Assembly (NCBI GenBank): GCA_964342855.1
Contig: CAYFIB010000013.1
Span: 1,352 to 65,351, forward strand
Direction of reading: 5' to 3'
Source of the DNA: an uncultured Caulobacterales bacterium
Lineage (GTDB): Bacteria; Pseudomonadota; Alphaproteobacteria; Caulobacterales; Parvularculaceae
Length of the DNA stretch: 64,000 nt
This document shows, piece by piece, positions 56,401 to 64,000 of this stretch. The notes below the pieces were generated by a model. It was not told the origin of the DNA, made no database searches, and saw only the letters and a program-made list of their open reading frames with translations. Each line of letters starts with the position of its first letter. Within the stretch, counting starts at the first letter, position 1. The position numbers and the translations under genes are program-made.

Positions 56401-57537
56401 TCAGTCCACGCAGGCCCACGGACGGATCTGACAGTTCGGGATCTCCACAACCGGCTTGCCCGCAAGATAGGCCGGATAGCCGAGATTGCCGCGCGTCCAC
56501 GGAATTTGCTCGTCAAACGGCGCCGGGCCGCCGCCGAACTGGTCGCGATACTCCGCGGCGCAGGTGTTGTAGTCGGCCTTCATGGCCTGAATCGTCCGTG
56601 TCAGAACGCTGACGATGTCCTGCTTGATGCGCAGCTCGGCCTGAAAGTGCTGGGCGAACGGGCCGAGCGACCCGCCGGACTTTTTCCGTCGGGCGGCGAC
56701 GCAGGGGGAGTCGCTCGCCGACTGGTTCGGGCCCGTCGAATAGATGATCATCGTGTCACGGAATGTCGGCATGACGGCGAGGCCCTTGCGCTCGCTGTTC
56801 AGCGGAATGCGGCGGTCTTCCAGGCTGCCGCCGGAGGTGACGACCTCGTATTCGGAGATGTCGAACGCCCGTTGCCGCGGCCGCTGCAACGCGTCCGGAT
56901 AAACCGAGTTGATCTCCGCGTCCTGTTCTTCGGAGAAGACCGAGGTCGGCGCGTCGCGGCAGGCGTCCAGCACGTAAACGATGCCGGCTTTGGCGCGCTC
57001 GCGCAGACCGGCGAGGAGTTCGGAAGAGCGGAAGACCTGAATTTCTTCGCCGTCCTTCACGTCCGGAACGAGGAAGTTTTCGTTCTCGAACTGAAATCCG
57101 TGTCCGGCGAAATAGAAAAAAACCGTCGGGTAGACGGGGCGCTCATCGGCGCGGCCGGGCAGATTGCGCAGGCGCGCGGCTTTTTCCTCCGCCGCCCGGT
57201 TGGCCGCCTCGATCGCGTCGCCGAAGAGGCGCAACTCTTCCTTGAAGTAGAAGACGTTCTTGTTGTCGGCGCGCCGCACCGTATCGAACTTGTTCGAGAG
57301 CTTCAGCGCCCGGCTGCCGCTCGCCCCCCGCAGGGATGAGACGACGGCGTTCATGTCGTTATCGGTGTTGTTGAGATCGCTGATGCGGGCGTTCTCTTTA
57401 TACGTATTGCCCATCACCAGCGCGACGAACGGCGTCGCGGTGAAGGACGGGTCCGAGGCGCAGGAGGATGCAAGCCCGGCGCCCGCGCCGGCGGCGCCCA
57501 GCATCAGGGCGCGTCGTGTGAGACGATGATCGGTCAC
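56401..57537 (-). CDS. Exported caspase-family (peptidase C14) protein, Tat signal plus a lipobox-like site
   Basis: GTG start preceded by GAGGA. Twin-arginine signal TRRALMLGAAGAGAGLASSC. Catalytic His block VFFYFAGHGFQ and Cys block IVYVLDACRD. A p10-like segment MIIYSTGPNQSASD. Confidence 0.75.
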   Translation of the reverse strand: MTDHRLTRRALMLGAAGAGAGLASSCASDPSFTATPFVALVMGNTYKENARISDLNNTDNDMNAVVSSLRGASGSRALKLSNKFDTVRRADNKNVFYFKEELRLFGDAIEAANRAAEEKAARLRNLPGRADERPVYPTVFFYFAGHGFQFENENFLVPDVKDGEEIQVFRSSELLAGLRERAKAGIVYVLDACRDAPTSVFSEEQDAEINSVYPDALQRPRQRAFDISEYEVVTSGGSLEDRRIPLNSERKGLAVMPTFRDTMIIYSTGPNQSASDSPCVAARRKKSGGSLGPFAQHFQAELRIKQDIVSVLTRTIQAMKADYNTCAAEYRDQFGGGPAPFDEQIPWTRGNLGYPAYLAGKPVVEIPNCQIRPWACVD

Positions 57538-57541
57538 GGGA

Positions 57542-59461
57542 CTAATTCCTCAGGGCGTCAATGAGTTTGATGGCGGCGTCGTAGTGAACGCGATTGGCGG
57601 CGGGCGCGGCGTCGCGATCCGCCCGGATCAACTTCTTGATATCGGACGTGCTCTCGGTCGGCTTCCGGCGCAGATAGAACATGGCGAGTTCATAGCCTTC
57701 GTCGTCGCAACCGCGGCGCAGATCGAGGGCCCAATAAACGCGCGAGCCCTGCTGACGCTTGTCGAGAATGCAGCGCTCGTCCGGGTTTTCGCGATACCAG
57801 ATGATGGCGCGAAGATCGTTGATCGCCGGGCCGACGAAGTCTTCGTGGCCCAGATCGACGACGACTTCCGGGCTCGTCGTATCGATGGTCTGGAAGTGAA
57901 CGTCCGCCAGCGGCGGCGCGCCGTCGCCCGCGCGTTTCTGCGCCGTCAGCAGGCGCAGGAACGAACCGCCGGCGCCGCCGCCGACGAAGGTTTTCGCCGC
58001 GTTCAGATATTTCGAGGCGCGCAGAGCCTGATCGCTGCGCGAGGCGTACAGCGTGAGACGGTCCGCATGCGAAGCGATGCGCGAGGTTTTGGCGACGAAG
58101 TCTCCACGTGCGACGTCCGGCGAGGCGAAGATCACCTCGTTGAACGTCTTGCCGGTCAGCTGCCCGCGGTCCTTCATGCGGTTGAGCGCGGCCAGCAGAT
58201 ATTCGTTGCCCATGGAGTGCGCGATGACGTGGACCCGCTCCGCCCCACTCTGACGCAGCATGATGTTGATGTATTCCACCAGCCCGTCGAGGACGAAGTT
58301 GTTCGAGATCAACGCCCGGTCTTCCGAGTACGCATAAAGAGAACCGCCAGACGGCCACGAATACATGGCGACCGCGCCGTTGCCGACATTGTCGAGACCG
58401 ACCTTGAGGGTCGCCGCCCGCTCCAGCGCCTGCCGGAAGGTCTGGTTGTAGCCGTGCACGAAGAGGATGAGCTCTTTGCGGTTGGAAGAGCGGATTTCCT
58501 CCTGCAGCGAGGCGACGAAGGAGTTGCGGCTGTAAGAGGTGATCGACTCGATGATGAGATCATCGCCCGAGCCGTCGCCGCGGAGCGAGAACACCAGTTC
58601 GTTCGGCCGCGCTATGCCCGTCGGGTCGTCGAGAATTTTCGTCGGCACGTTGATCGAGATGACGCCGACATCAAGCGATTCGCTCAGTTCCGAGCCATAC
58701 GGATTGTTCACGTCGTGCAGCGTGCTCGCCTGACGGTTCGTGCCGTAGAACACCTTCACCAGCTTGTGGGTGTTGGAGCCGCGGCGCGCGAGACGGGCCG
58801 TCTCCGGCGCTTCGGCGGGCGCCTGCAGCTCCAGCTCGCTGCGCAGCTCGGCGTTGATGTTCTCCGAAATCCAGATGTTGACGGCCAGGCGCACATCGTT
58901 GCTCAACTGTTTGCGGAGGATTTCCCGCTCGAAGTCGAGATAGGCCTTGCCGTGCGGCGCGGCTGAAAGCGCCGCCGTTTCCGCGTCCTGCCCGCGCCGG
59001 AACGCCCGGTCGATCAGGTATCCGCGCAGCTTGAAGTCCAGCGCGTTGACGTAGGAGCCCTCTTCCGCGAGCAGCCGGGCCATATCGTCGATCAGCTCAA
59101 GATCGTCGTTCAGCGAGGTGCGTTTCGGCTGCGCCAGTCGGTCGAGCTTGTAGGCCTCGTTCAGGATATCGAGCGCGCGGGAGACGTCGCCGCGCCCCTC
59201 CTGAGCTTCGGCGAGGGCGATCAGCATCGCCCGTCCCTCGATCGAGTCATAGGTCGAGCGGTCGCTTTCGCCGAGGGCGACGAGCTTGGCCGCCGCCGCT
59301 TCGATCTTGATATTGGTCGGCGCGGCGAGCGCGAGGCTCACTTCCATCCACAGCGCGTCGCTTGCGGACGTTTGCGCCATCGCGCCGCCGGCTGCGAACG
59401 AAACGCCGGCGAAAGCGCCCAGCGCGGCGGCCCGAAGGCGGGTGAAAAAGCGGTCCATCAT
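57542..59461 (-). CDS. Secreted protein: helical TPR-like N-domain plus a DUF900-type alpha/beta hydrolase
   Basis: Sec signal ...AAGGAMAQ. DUF900 pattern LILFVHGYNQTF...AMYSWPSGGSLYAY...RVHVIAHSMGNEYLLAAL (GxSxG-type nucleophile elbow HSMG). Confidence 0.75.
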   Translation of the reverse strand: MMDRFFTRLRAAALGAFAGVSFAAGGAMAQTSASDALWMEVSLALAAPTNIKIEAAAAKLVALGESDRSTYDSIEGRAMLIALAEAQEGRGDVSRALDILNEAYKLDRLAQPKRTSLNDDLELIDDMARLLAEEGSYVNALDFKLRGYLIDRAFRRGQDAETAALSAAPHGKAYLDFEREILRKQLSNDVRLAVNIWISENINAELRSELELQAPAEAPETARLARRGSNTHKLVKVFYGTNRQASTLHDVNNPYGSELSESLDVGVISINVPTKILDDPTGIARPNELVFSLRGDGSGDDLIIESITSYSRNSFVASLQEEIRSSNRKELILFVHGYNQTFRQALERAATLKVGLDNVGNGAVAMYSWPSGGSLYAYSEDRALISNNFVLDGLVEYINIMLRQSGAERVHVIAHSMGNEYLLAALNRMKDRGQLTGKTFNEVIFASPDVARGDFVAKTSRIASHADRLTLYASRSDQALRASKYLNAAKTFVGGGAGGSFLRLLTAQKRAGDGAPPLADVHFQTIDTTSPEVVVDLGHEDFVGPAINDLRAIIWYRENPDERCILDKRQQGSRVYWALDLRRGCDDEGYELAMFYLRRKPTESTSDIKKLIRADRDAAPAANRVHYDAAIKLIDALRN

Positions 59462-59501
59462 GGTTTCTCCCAGTCTGGCGCGTCCGCCCCGACGCGGAAG
59501 A

Positions 59502-60569
59502 TCAGTACAGCAGATAGCCGAGGCGGAACGAAATTCCCTGTACGGTCTGGTTGCTTCCCACCAGAGCCGTTTCCGAAAGCGGCGAGTAATTGGTCAGGCG
59601 GTAGACAAGGTCCGCGCGCCATTTGCGCCGCCAGGTGCTTGTCACGCCGACGCTGACATCGATGCCGACCAGCCACTCGTCGCTGAAGAACGCGCTGTCC
59701 GAACGGTCGCCGATGACGCCGCCGACTTCGTCCTGCGCGAAGGCATCGCGGTAGCCGCCCGCAAGCAGGAAGTTGGCGAAGCCCTCGGTCGCCCGGTTTG
59801 GCGTGACCGGCACTTTGATTTCAAGGCCGGTACGCGCCGTGTAGAGATCGTACGCCTCAAGACGCGAGCCGGATGCGGGCGTGCGCGTCTCGGTCGGCGT
59901 CAGCGGGTCCGGCCCGGTGAAATCGAAAAGCGTGTCATAGGTCGCGGTGTCGATCCGCACGCGTTCGTAGCGCCCGGAGACGACCAGCGCGACGACGTCG
60001 CCGAGCGCGCGGGTCTTCGCGTCCAGCTCGAAATCATAGCGCCGCATCTTCGCGTCGGTGACGCGCTCCAGCGCCTGACCGGTCGAAAAATCGCCGCCGC
60101 GCTGGATGATCTCCGTATCGCCCTCGCCGAAGCCGATGGTGAGATTGAACGTCGTCTGACGAAGAAACGCGCTTGGCGCGCGCAAGGTGAACACGCCGCC
60201 GTTCATGATGAAGGCGTAGGGCTCGCCGCGCGAGGTGAGATCGAACTCGCTGTCCGTGCGCACGGTGCCGAGGGAGAAGCTGTCCTGCACGCCCCAGGTC
60301 TTGAAAGAAGCGCCGACCAGCCAACCGACATCGCTGCCCGCAAGCGCTTCGTACTCATCCTCGGCGCGGACATCGTCCTGCTCGGCGATGTCCGTCTCAT
60401 CCTCGGCGTGAACAACGTCCTGCTCGGCGATGTCCGTGCGAAGAGAGATCGGCGTCGGGCCCGTCTGCTGCGCAAGCGCTGGAGACGCGGCGACAGACAC
60501 GCAGAGAGCGCTCGCGGCTGTCGCCGCAATCGTCGTCGTCCCGCTCAAAAATCCCCGTAGGCCCGCCAT
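59502..60569 (-). CDS. Outer-membrane beta-barrel protein with an acidic N-terminal tandem repeat
   Basis: Signal peptide ...VAASPALAQQ, alternating amphipathic strands, and a C-terminal beta-signal-like ISFRLGYLLY. Confidence 0.55.
   Translation of the reverse strand: MAGLRGFLSGTTTIAATAASALCVSVAASPALAQQTGPTPISLRTDIAEQDVVHAEDETDIAEQDDVRAEDEYEALAGSDVGWLVGASFKTWGVQDSFSLGTVRTDSEFDLTSRGEPYAFIMNGGVFTLRAPSAFLRQTTFNLTIGFGEGDTEIIQRGGDFSTGQALERVTDAKMRRYDFELDAKTRALGDVVALVVSGRYERVRIDTATYDTLFDFTGPDPLTPTETRTPASGSRLEAYDLYTARTGLEIKVPVTPNRATEGFANFLLAGGYRDAFAQDEVGGVIGDRSDSAFFSDEWLVGIDVSVGVTSTWRRKWRADLVYRLTNYSPLSETALVGSNQTVQGISFRLGYLLY
60354..60437 (-). repeat. 42-bp tandem duplication (2 copies, 39/42 identical) inside the OM barrel gene
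   Basis: Encodes TDIAEQDVVHAEDE / TDIAEQDDVRAEDE. Confidence 0.85.
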
Positions 60570-60682
60570 ACGCGCCTCCCTCTCCCGTCATGTGAAAGTG
60601 CCCGCAGCGCCGCGCGAAAGCAAGGATCGTATCGCGACAGATCGGTGACGGTCGGTAAGAATACGCCGTCTCGCAGGAGCCG

Positions 60683-61474
60683 TCAGAGAAAGAGCGCGAC
60701 GCTCTGGCGGGCGGCGATAACCGGCTGTCCGGACGCGTTCCAGATCAGCATGTCCTGGCTGGAGTAGCCGGCCTGCGCATGGTCGGCGCGGGTCTGCATC
60801 AGCCACCAGCCGTCCTCGGTCTCGAAGTCTTCGACAAGCACGTTGACCATCCAGGTGACGGAACTGATCGGCGCGGGCTCGGGAAACTTCGCGAACATGG
60901 CGGGCGGCGGCATGTCGGCGATGGCCAGCATGGCGGACATGCCCGCGGCATCGCGATCCCGATGGCGGATCCAGATGAGGTGATCGTGCTTGTCGGAGCC
61001 GGAAACCGGGATCCCCCCCGCGGCGAGATGGCTGTTGAACTTGCTCGCGAAACTCGGTCGCATGAACGCGCCCTCGGGGATCATCGGCGGGCACTCTTCC
61101 GGAGCCGGGACGCTCGGCGCGGGAATATGAAACTCATCGAACATCGACGGCCGCGCGGCGCCAAACGCGAACTGGCAGCGCGCGGCGATGCCTTTTTCGC
61201 CGGTGAGGTCCGCGCCGATAAACTGGACATTGCGGCCCGCGCGCAACACTTCCGCGCGCGCCTCGACCTCGCCGCCGGCCGGGCCAATGAAGGCGACAGT
61301 CGCAGACCGCAGCGGCGGCGCCTCCGGCGCGATCAGCCGGGCGGCCTCATGGCAATAGGCGGCGGTGAGCCCGCCATAGATCGTGCGGCCCTGCATCCAC
61401 TCTTCAGGCGGATGGGCGATGAGGCTGGTTTCGGACCGCTCGGCGGCGGCCATCAGTTCAGTGAATGAGGTCAT
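60683..61474 (-). CDS. Acyl-CoA thioesterase (double hotdog, TesB-like)
   Basis: 263 aa. ...GRTIYGGLTAAYCHEAA... with a second half ...WMVNVLVEDFETEDGWWLMQTRADHAQAGYSSQDMLIW. Assigned by eye only. Confidence 0.55.
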   Translation of the reverse strand: MTSFTELMAAAERSETSLIAHPPEEWMQGRTIYGGLTAAYCHEAARLIAPEAPPLRSATVAFIGPAGGEVEARAEVLRAGRNVQFIGADLTGEKGIAARCQFAFGAARPSMFDEFHIPAPSVPAPEECPPMIPEGAFMRPSFASKFNSHLAAGGIPVSGSDKHDHLIWIRHRDRDAAGMSAMLAIADMPPPAMFAKFPEPAPISSVTWMVNVLVEDFETEDGWWLMQTRADHAQAGYSSQDMLIWNASGQPVIAARQSVALFL

Positions 61475-61513
61475 GCGCCTCTACTAGCGCATGTCTCGCA
61501 GGCGCGGCGCCTT

Positions 61514-61963
61514 CTAGAGCAGTTCCGCGCCGCCCTCGCCCGCCCGGTCGCCGCGTTTGCGCCCCTGAATGGAGTTGATGAAGAAGAGGCAGAGGATCGT
61601 CAGCGTCGCGGTGAACGAATAGACGAGCGGCAGGAGCCGCGCTTTCTCGGTCAGATCGTAATTGCGGATCACCTCGCCCGAGGCCTGCGCGCCGGTCGCC
61701 ATCTCTTCGCGTTCCGCGAACATCGCCGCATCCGCATAAAGCGCTTCCAGCTGAGAGTAGTTGTCCGCCTGCGCGGAGTAATTCACGCCGAGAAAGCCGA
61801 GATAGGCGACGATAATGACCGCCTTCATGGTGCCCGGCACGAACTGACGCGCGATGATCAGCAGGCCGATGATCGCCATGTGAATGGTGAGAAAGAAGTT
61901 CCACACCTCGTTGATGATCGACAGCTGCGAGGCGATCAGATCCATGATTTCGTAAGCGCTCAT
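61514..61963 (-). CDS. Small membrane protein, unknown function
   Basis: ATG at 61963 (MSAYEIMDL). Three predicted helices. No family recognised. Confidence 0.45.
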   Translation of the reverse strand: MSAYEIMDLIASQLSIINEVWNFFLTIHMAIIGLLIIARQFVPGTMKAVIIVAYLGFLGVNYSAQADNYSQLEALYADAAMFAEREEMATGAQASGEVIRNYDLTEKARLLPLVYSFTATLTILCLFFINSIQGRKRGDRAGEGGAELL

Positions 61964-62086
61964 CGGTCCCCTCCGACAACTCGACATCTTTTCTTAGCGC
62001 GCGGCGCAGCGCGCGGCCAAGTCGTTAACGCCCCGTTAACCAAGTCCGGCGCGAGTGTGCGGCGGGAAAGGAACGGGGACCCGGAC

Positions 62087-62446
62087 ATGCTGATCAACGT
62101 GCTCAACGCCTTCTTCGCGCTGACCATCATCGCCGCTTCGATCGGACTGCTCGCGCAGGGCGCGAAATGGCTCGGCCTGACGAACACCGAGCCGAAAACG
62201 ATGAAGCGCCATGGCCGCCGCCTCGCCATTCTCGACGCCGCGCCGCTCGACGCGCGTCGACGCCTCTTTCTCGTGCGCATCGATGACGAAGAGCGCGCGC
62301 TCCTCATCGGCGGCGAGAACGATCTGGAGCTGTCGCCCCTCGTCGGCCGCGCGGAAATCTCTCGCGCCCGCGCGAAAACCCGCGACGAAGACGACGCGTC
62401 CAACGTCGTCGATCTCGACGCCGGCCGCCTGTTCGCGAACGGCTGA
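62087..62446 (+). CDS. FliO-like small membrane protein
   Basis: ATG at 62087 inside ORF 61880..62446, preceded by GGAAAGGAACGGGGA. One N-terminal helix (MLINVLNAFFALTIIAASIGLLA) followed by RRLAILDAAPLDARRRLFLVRIDDEERALLIGGENDLEL, which resembles the FliO core. Confidence 0.4.
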   Translation: MLINVLNAFFALTIIAASIGLLAQGAKWLGLTNTEPKTMKRHGRRLAILDAAPLDARRRLFLVRIDDEERALLIGGENDLELSPLVGRAEISRARAKTRDEDDASNVVDLDAGRLFANG

Positions 62447-62514
62447 GGCTCTAAACTTTTCAATGAATTCAAGTATTTAGCACGGCCTCCTAAAGCCGTC
62501 GCTCAGGCATTCTT

Positions 62515-62615
62515 GTCATCCCGACCGAGAGAAGCGAGAGCCGGGACCAAGGGTCGCGTGCGCTCGCTCCGAAACTCCGGGTCCCGGATAACGGTTTCGC
62601 CGTTTCCGGGACGAC
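62515..62615. repeat. About 100-bp nested inverted-repeat (REP/MITE-like) element between convergent genes
   Basis: The outer arms GTCATCCCG (62515-23) and CGGGACGAC (62607-15) match in 8 of 9 positions. The inner arms CCGGGACC (62541-48) and GGTCCCGG (62580-87) are perfect. Confidence 0.45.
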
Positions 62616-62651
62616 GCACAAATTGAGAATTCGGGACCGAGGCGCCGCCCC

Positions 62652-63068
62652 TCAGTCGTCGCGATGCACTTTCTCGCGGCGTTCGTGGCGCTCCTGCGCC
62701 TCCAGCGACAGGGTCGCGATGGGGCGGGCTTCGAGGCGCTTCAGGCTGATCGGCTCGCCCGTCTCCTCGCAATAGCCGTAGGAGCCGTCGTCGATCCGGC
62801 GGAGCGCCGAATCGATCTTGGAGATCAGCTTGCGCTGACGATCGCGGGCCCGCAGCTCAAGCGCCTTGTCGGTCTCGACGGAAGCCCGGTCGGCGATGTC
62901 GGGATGGTTCAGCGAATCATCCTGCAGATGGGCGATGGTCATCTGGCTTTCGGCCAGAATGTCCGCTTTCCACTCGTGCAGTTTCTTGCGGAAATACTCG
63001 AGCTGACGATCGTTCATGAACGGCTCGTCGTCGCTCGGTCGATAGGTATCGAGTTCGGCTTCCGACAT
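62652..63068 (-). CDS. dksA: RNA polymerase-binding transcription factor DksA (1-Cys variant)
   Basis: Coiled-coil tip DxxDxA (PDIADRAS). C-terminal GYCEETGEPISLKRLEARPIATLSLEAQE. Confidence 0.85.
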   Translation of the reverse strand: MSEAELDTYRPSDDEPFMNDRQLEYFRKKLHEWKADILAESQMTIAHLQDDSLNHPDIADRASVETDKALELRARDRQRKLISKIDSALRRIDDGSYGYCEETGEPISLKRLEARPIATLSLEAQERHERREKVHRDD

Positions 63069-63253
63069 GGGACGTCCTCCGCGACTGACCGGCTCTACCG
63101 GTCGGACCCGCCTCGCTTTTTCGCGCCGGACTATATTCAGCCCGATGCGCCCCGCAACTATCCGCCAACGCGCCGAAGCGCAATTCCGGAATGCGCGGGA
63201 GACGCGACGCTCGTCGCCCGAACGTGGTTAAGAAGTGATTGACGCCGCGCCCC

Positions 63254-63922
63254 TCAGCGCTCGGCGTGGGCGAGGTCCGCGAACGCCCCGAACTGCGCGG
63301 GTTCGAAGGCGATTTCGAGGGCGCCGGGCGCGACATTGCGCGGAACAGTGTCGCCATAGAACGGCAGATCGGCGTCGCTCGCCGGCCACGAGATCGTCTC
63401 GGCGCGCGCCTGAGAGAGAACTTCGCGCGAGAAACGTTGCGCTTCGGCCACGAAGGCCACGTAGCTCGCGGCGATTTTCTGGCGCGTGACGCCGCCGAGA
63501 ACGATGTTCGACTGACGCACGACGACGACGCCCTGCTGGGTGGCGAACGAACTCGCCGTCACCGACACGACATTGAACCGATTAAGAAGATCGAGGCTCA
63601 CCCCGCCCGGCGCCATGATGGCGAAGACGTCATAGGCGAAGCAGCCCTGCTCGCGGCACATGCTGGTGGTCACGAGGAATACGCCGCCGCCCTCCAGCCT
63701 CACGACCACCGCGCGCCCGCCCGCGGGATTCATCGCGTAGCTGGCGTTGATCCCGAGATCGACCGCGATCTGGTGGAGGCCTTCCAGCGTCACCGCGCCG
63801 ACAATCGCCTGCCCGTTGGGAAACGTCGGCGTCTCGGACTGCGGCGGCGCCGGCGTTTGCGCATGCGCGACGCCCATCGCGGCGAGAACTGAAACCAATA
63901 CCGCCACCACGCGACGACCCAT
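63254..63922 (-). CDS. Secreted YbjN-like domain protein
   Basis: ATG at 63922. Signal peptide MGRRVVAVLVSVLAAMGVAHAQ. The core GGVFLVTTSMCREQGCFAYDVFAIMAPGGVSLDLLNRFNVVSVTASSF...IVLGGVT resembles the YbjN pattern. Confidence 0.45.
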   Translation of the reverse strand: MGRRVVAVLVSVLAAMGVAHAQTPAPPQSETPTFPNGQAIVGAVTLEGLHQIAVDLGINASYAMNPAGGRAVVVRLEGGGVFLVTTSMCREQGCFAYDVFAIMAPGGVSLDLLNRFNVVSVTASSFATQQGVVVVRQSNIVLGGVTRQKIAASYVAFVAEAQRFSREVLSQARAETISWPASDADLPFYGDTVPRNVAPGALEIAFEPAQFGAFADLAHAER

Positions 63923-64000
63923 GAACCCCTCCATACCGGTGCTGGCGAGAACCTTAGCGGCGCAATCCCGCCCGCGCCACGATTGATCGCCGCTGATAAG

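Noticed and set aside
1-64000. CRISPR arrays, rRNA genes, IS transposases and toxin-antitoxin pairs.
   Set aside because: Reading both strands showed no regularly spaced direct repeats, no rRNA-like conserved blocks, and no DDE/HUH or small paired-ORF signatures. The only repeats seen are those listed as features.

Overview
GC-rich, densely coding bacterial chromosome segment with alphaproteobacterial character: many TonB-dependent receptors, a TPR-sulfotransferase, NasS/NasT-type nitrate control and a 1-Cys DksA. A marine Hyphomonadaceae/Maricaulis-like origin is my guess, not a result. I can support about 55 protein genes, one tRNA-Thr(TGT), a decayed second copy of that tRNA, one gene relic, and a few terminators and operator-like sites. 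Order along the window: partial integrase at the left edge; TPR protein; two YceI paralogs; CDF transporter lacking the cytoplasmic C-terminal domain (CTD-less); M28 peptidase; beta-propeller lipoprotein; DUF1330 and LysR; unknown membrane protein; LysR plus two coupled methyltransferases; MscS; tRNA-Thr; soluble PAS chemoreceptor (MCP); pbpC relic plus pseudo-tRNA; TonB-dependent receptor (TBDR) - TPR-sulfotransferase - BCCT - MarR; Fur-box TBDR/PepSY iron cluster; complete molybdenum-cofactor cluster (moaD, moaA, mobA, moaC, moaB, moaE, tauE-like, moeA); nitrate assimilation regulon (porin-nasT-nasS, and nrtA-nrtB-fused nrtCD-nirB-nirD-nasA-cobA); pbpC plus alpha-2-macroglobulin. Next comes a four-gene operon encoding only exported proteins (OM barrel, helical/DUF900 hydrolase, Tat-lipoprotein caspase, small 4-Cys protein), which I rate as the best candidate for an undescribed system. 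The window ends with a thioesterase, a FliO-like gene, dksA and an exported YbjN-like protein. I recognised no CRISPR array, rRNA, transposase or toxin-antitoxin pair. All homology statements come from reading motifs by eye; no searches were run.
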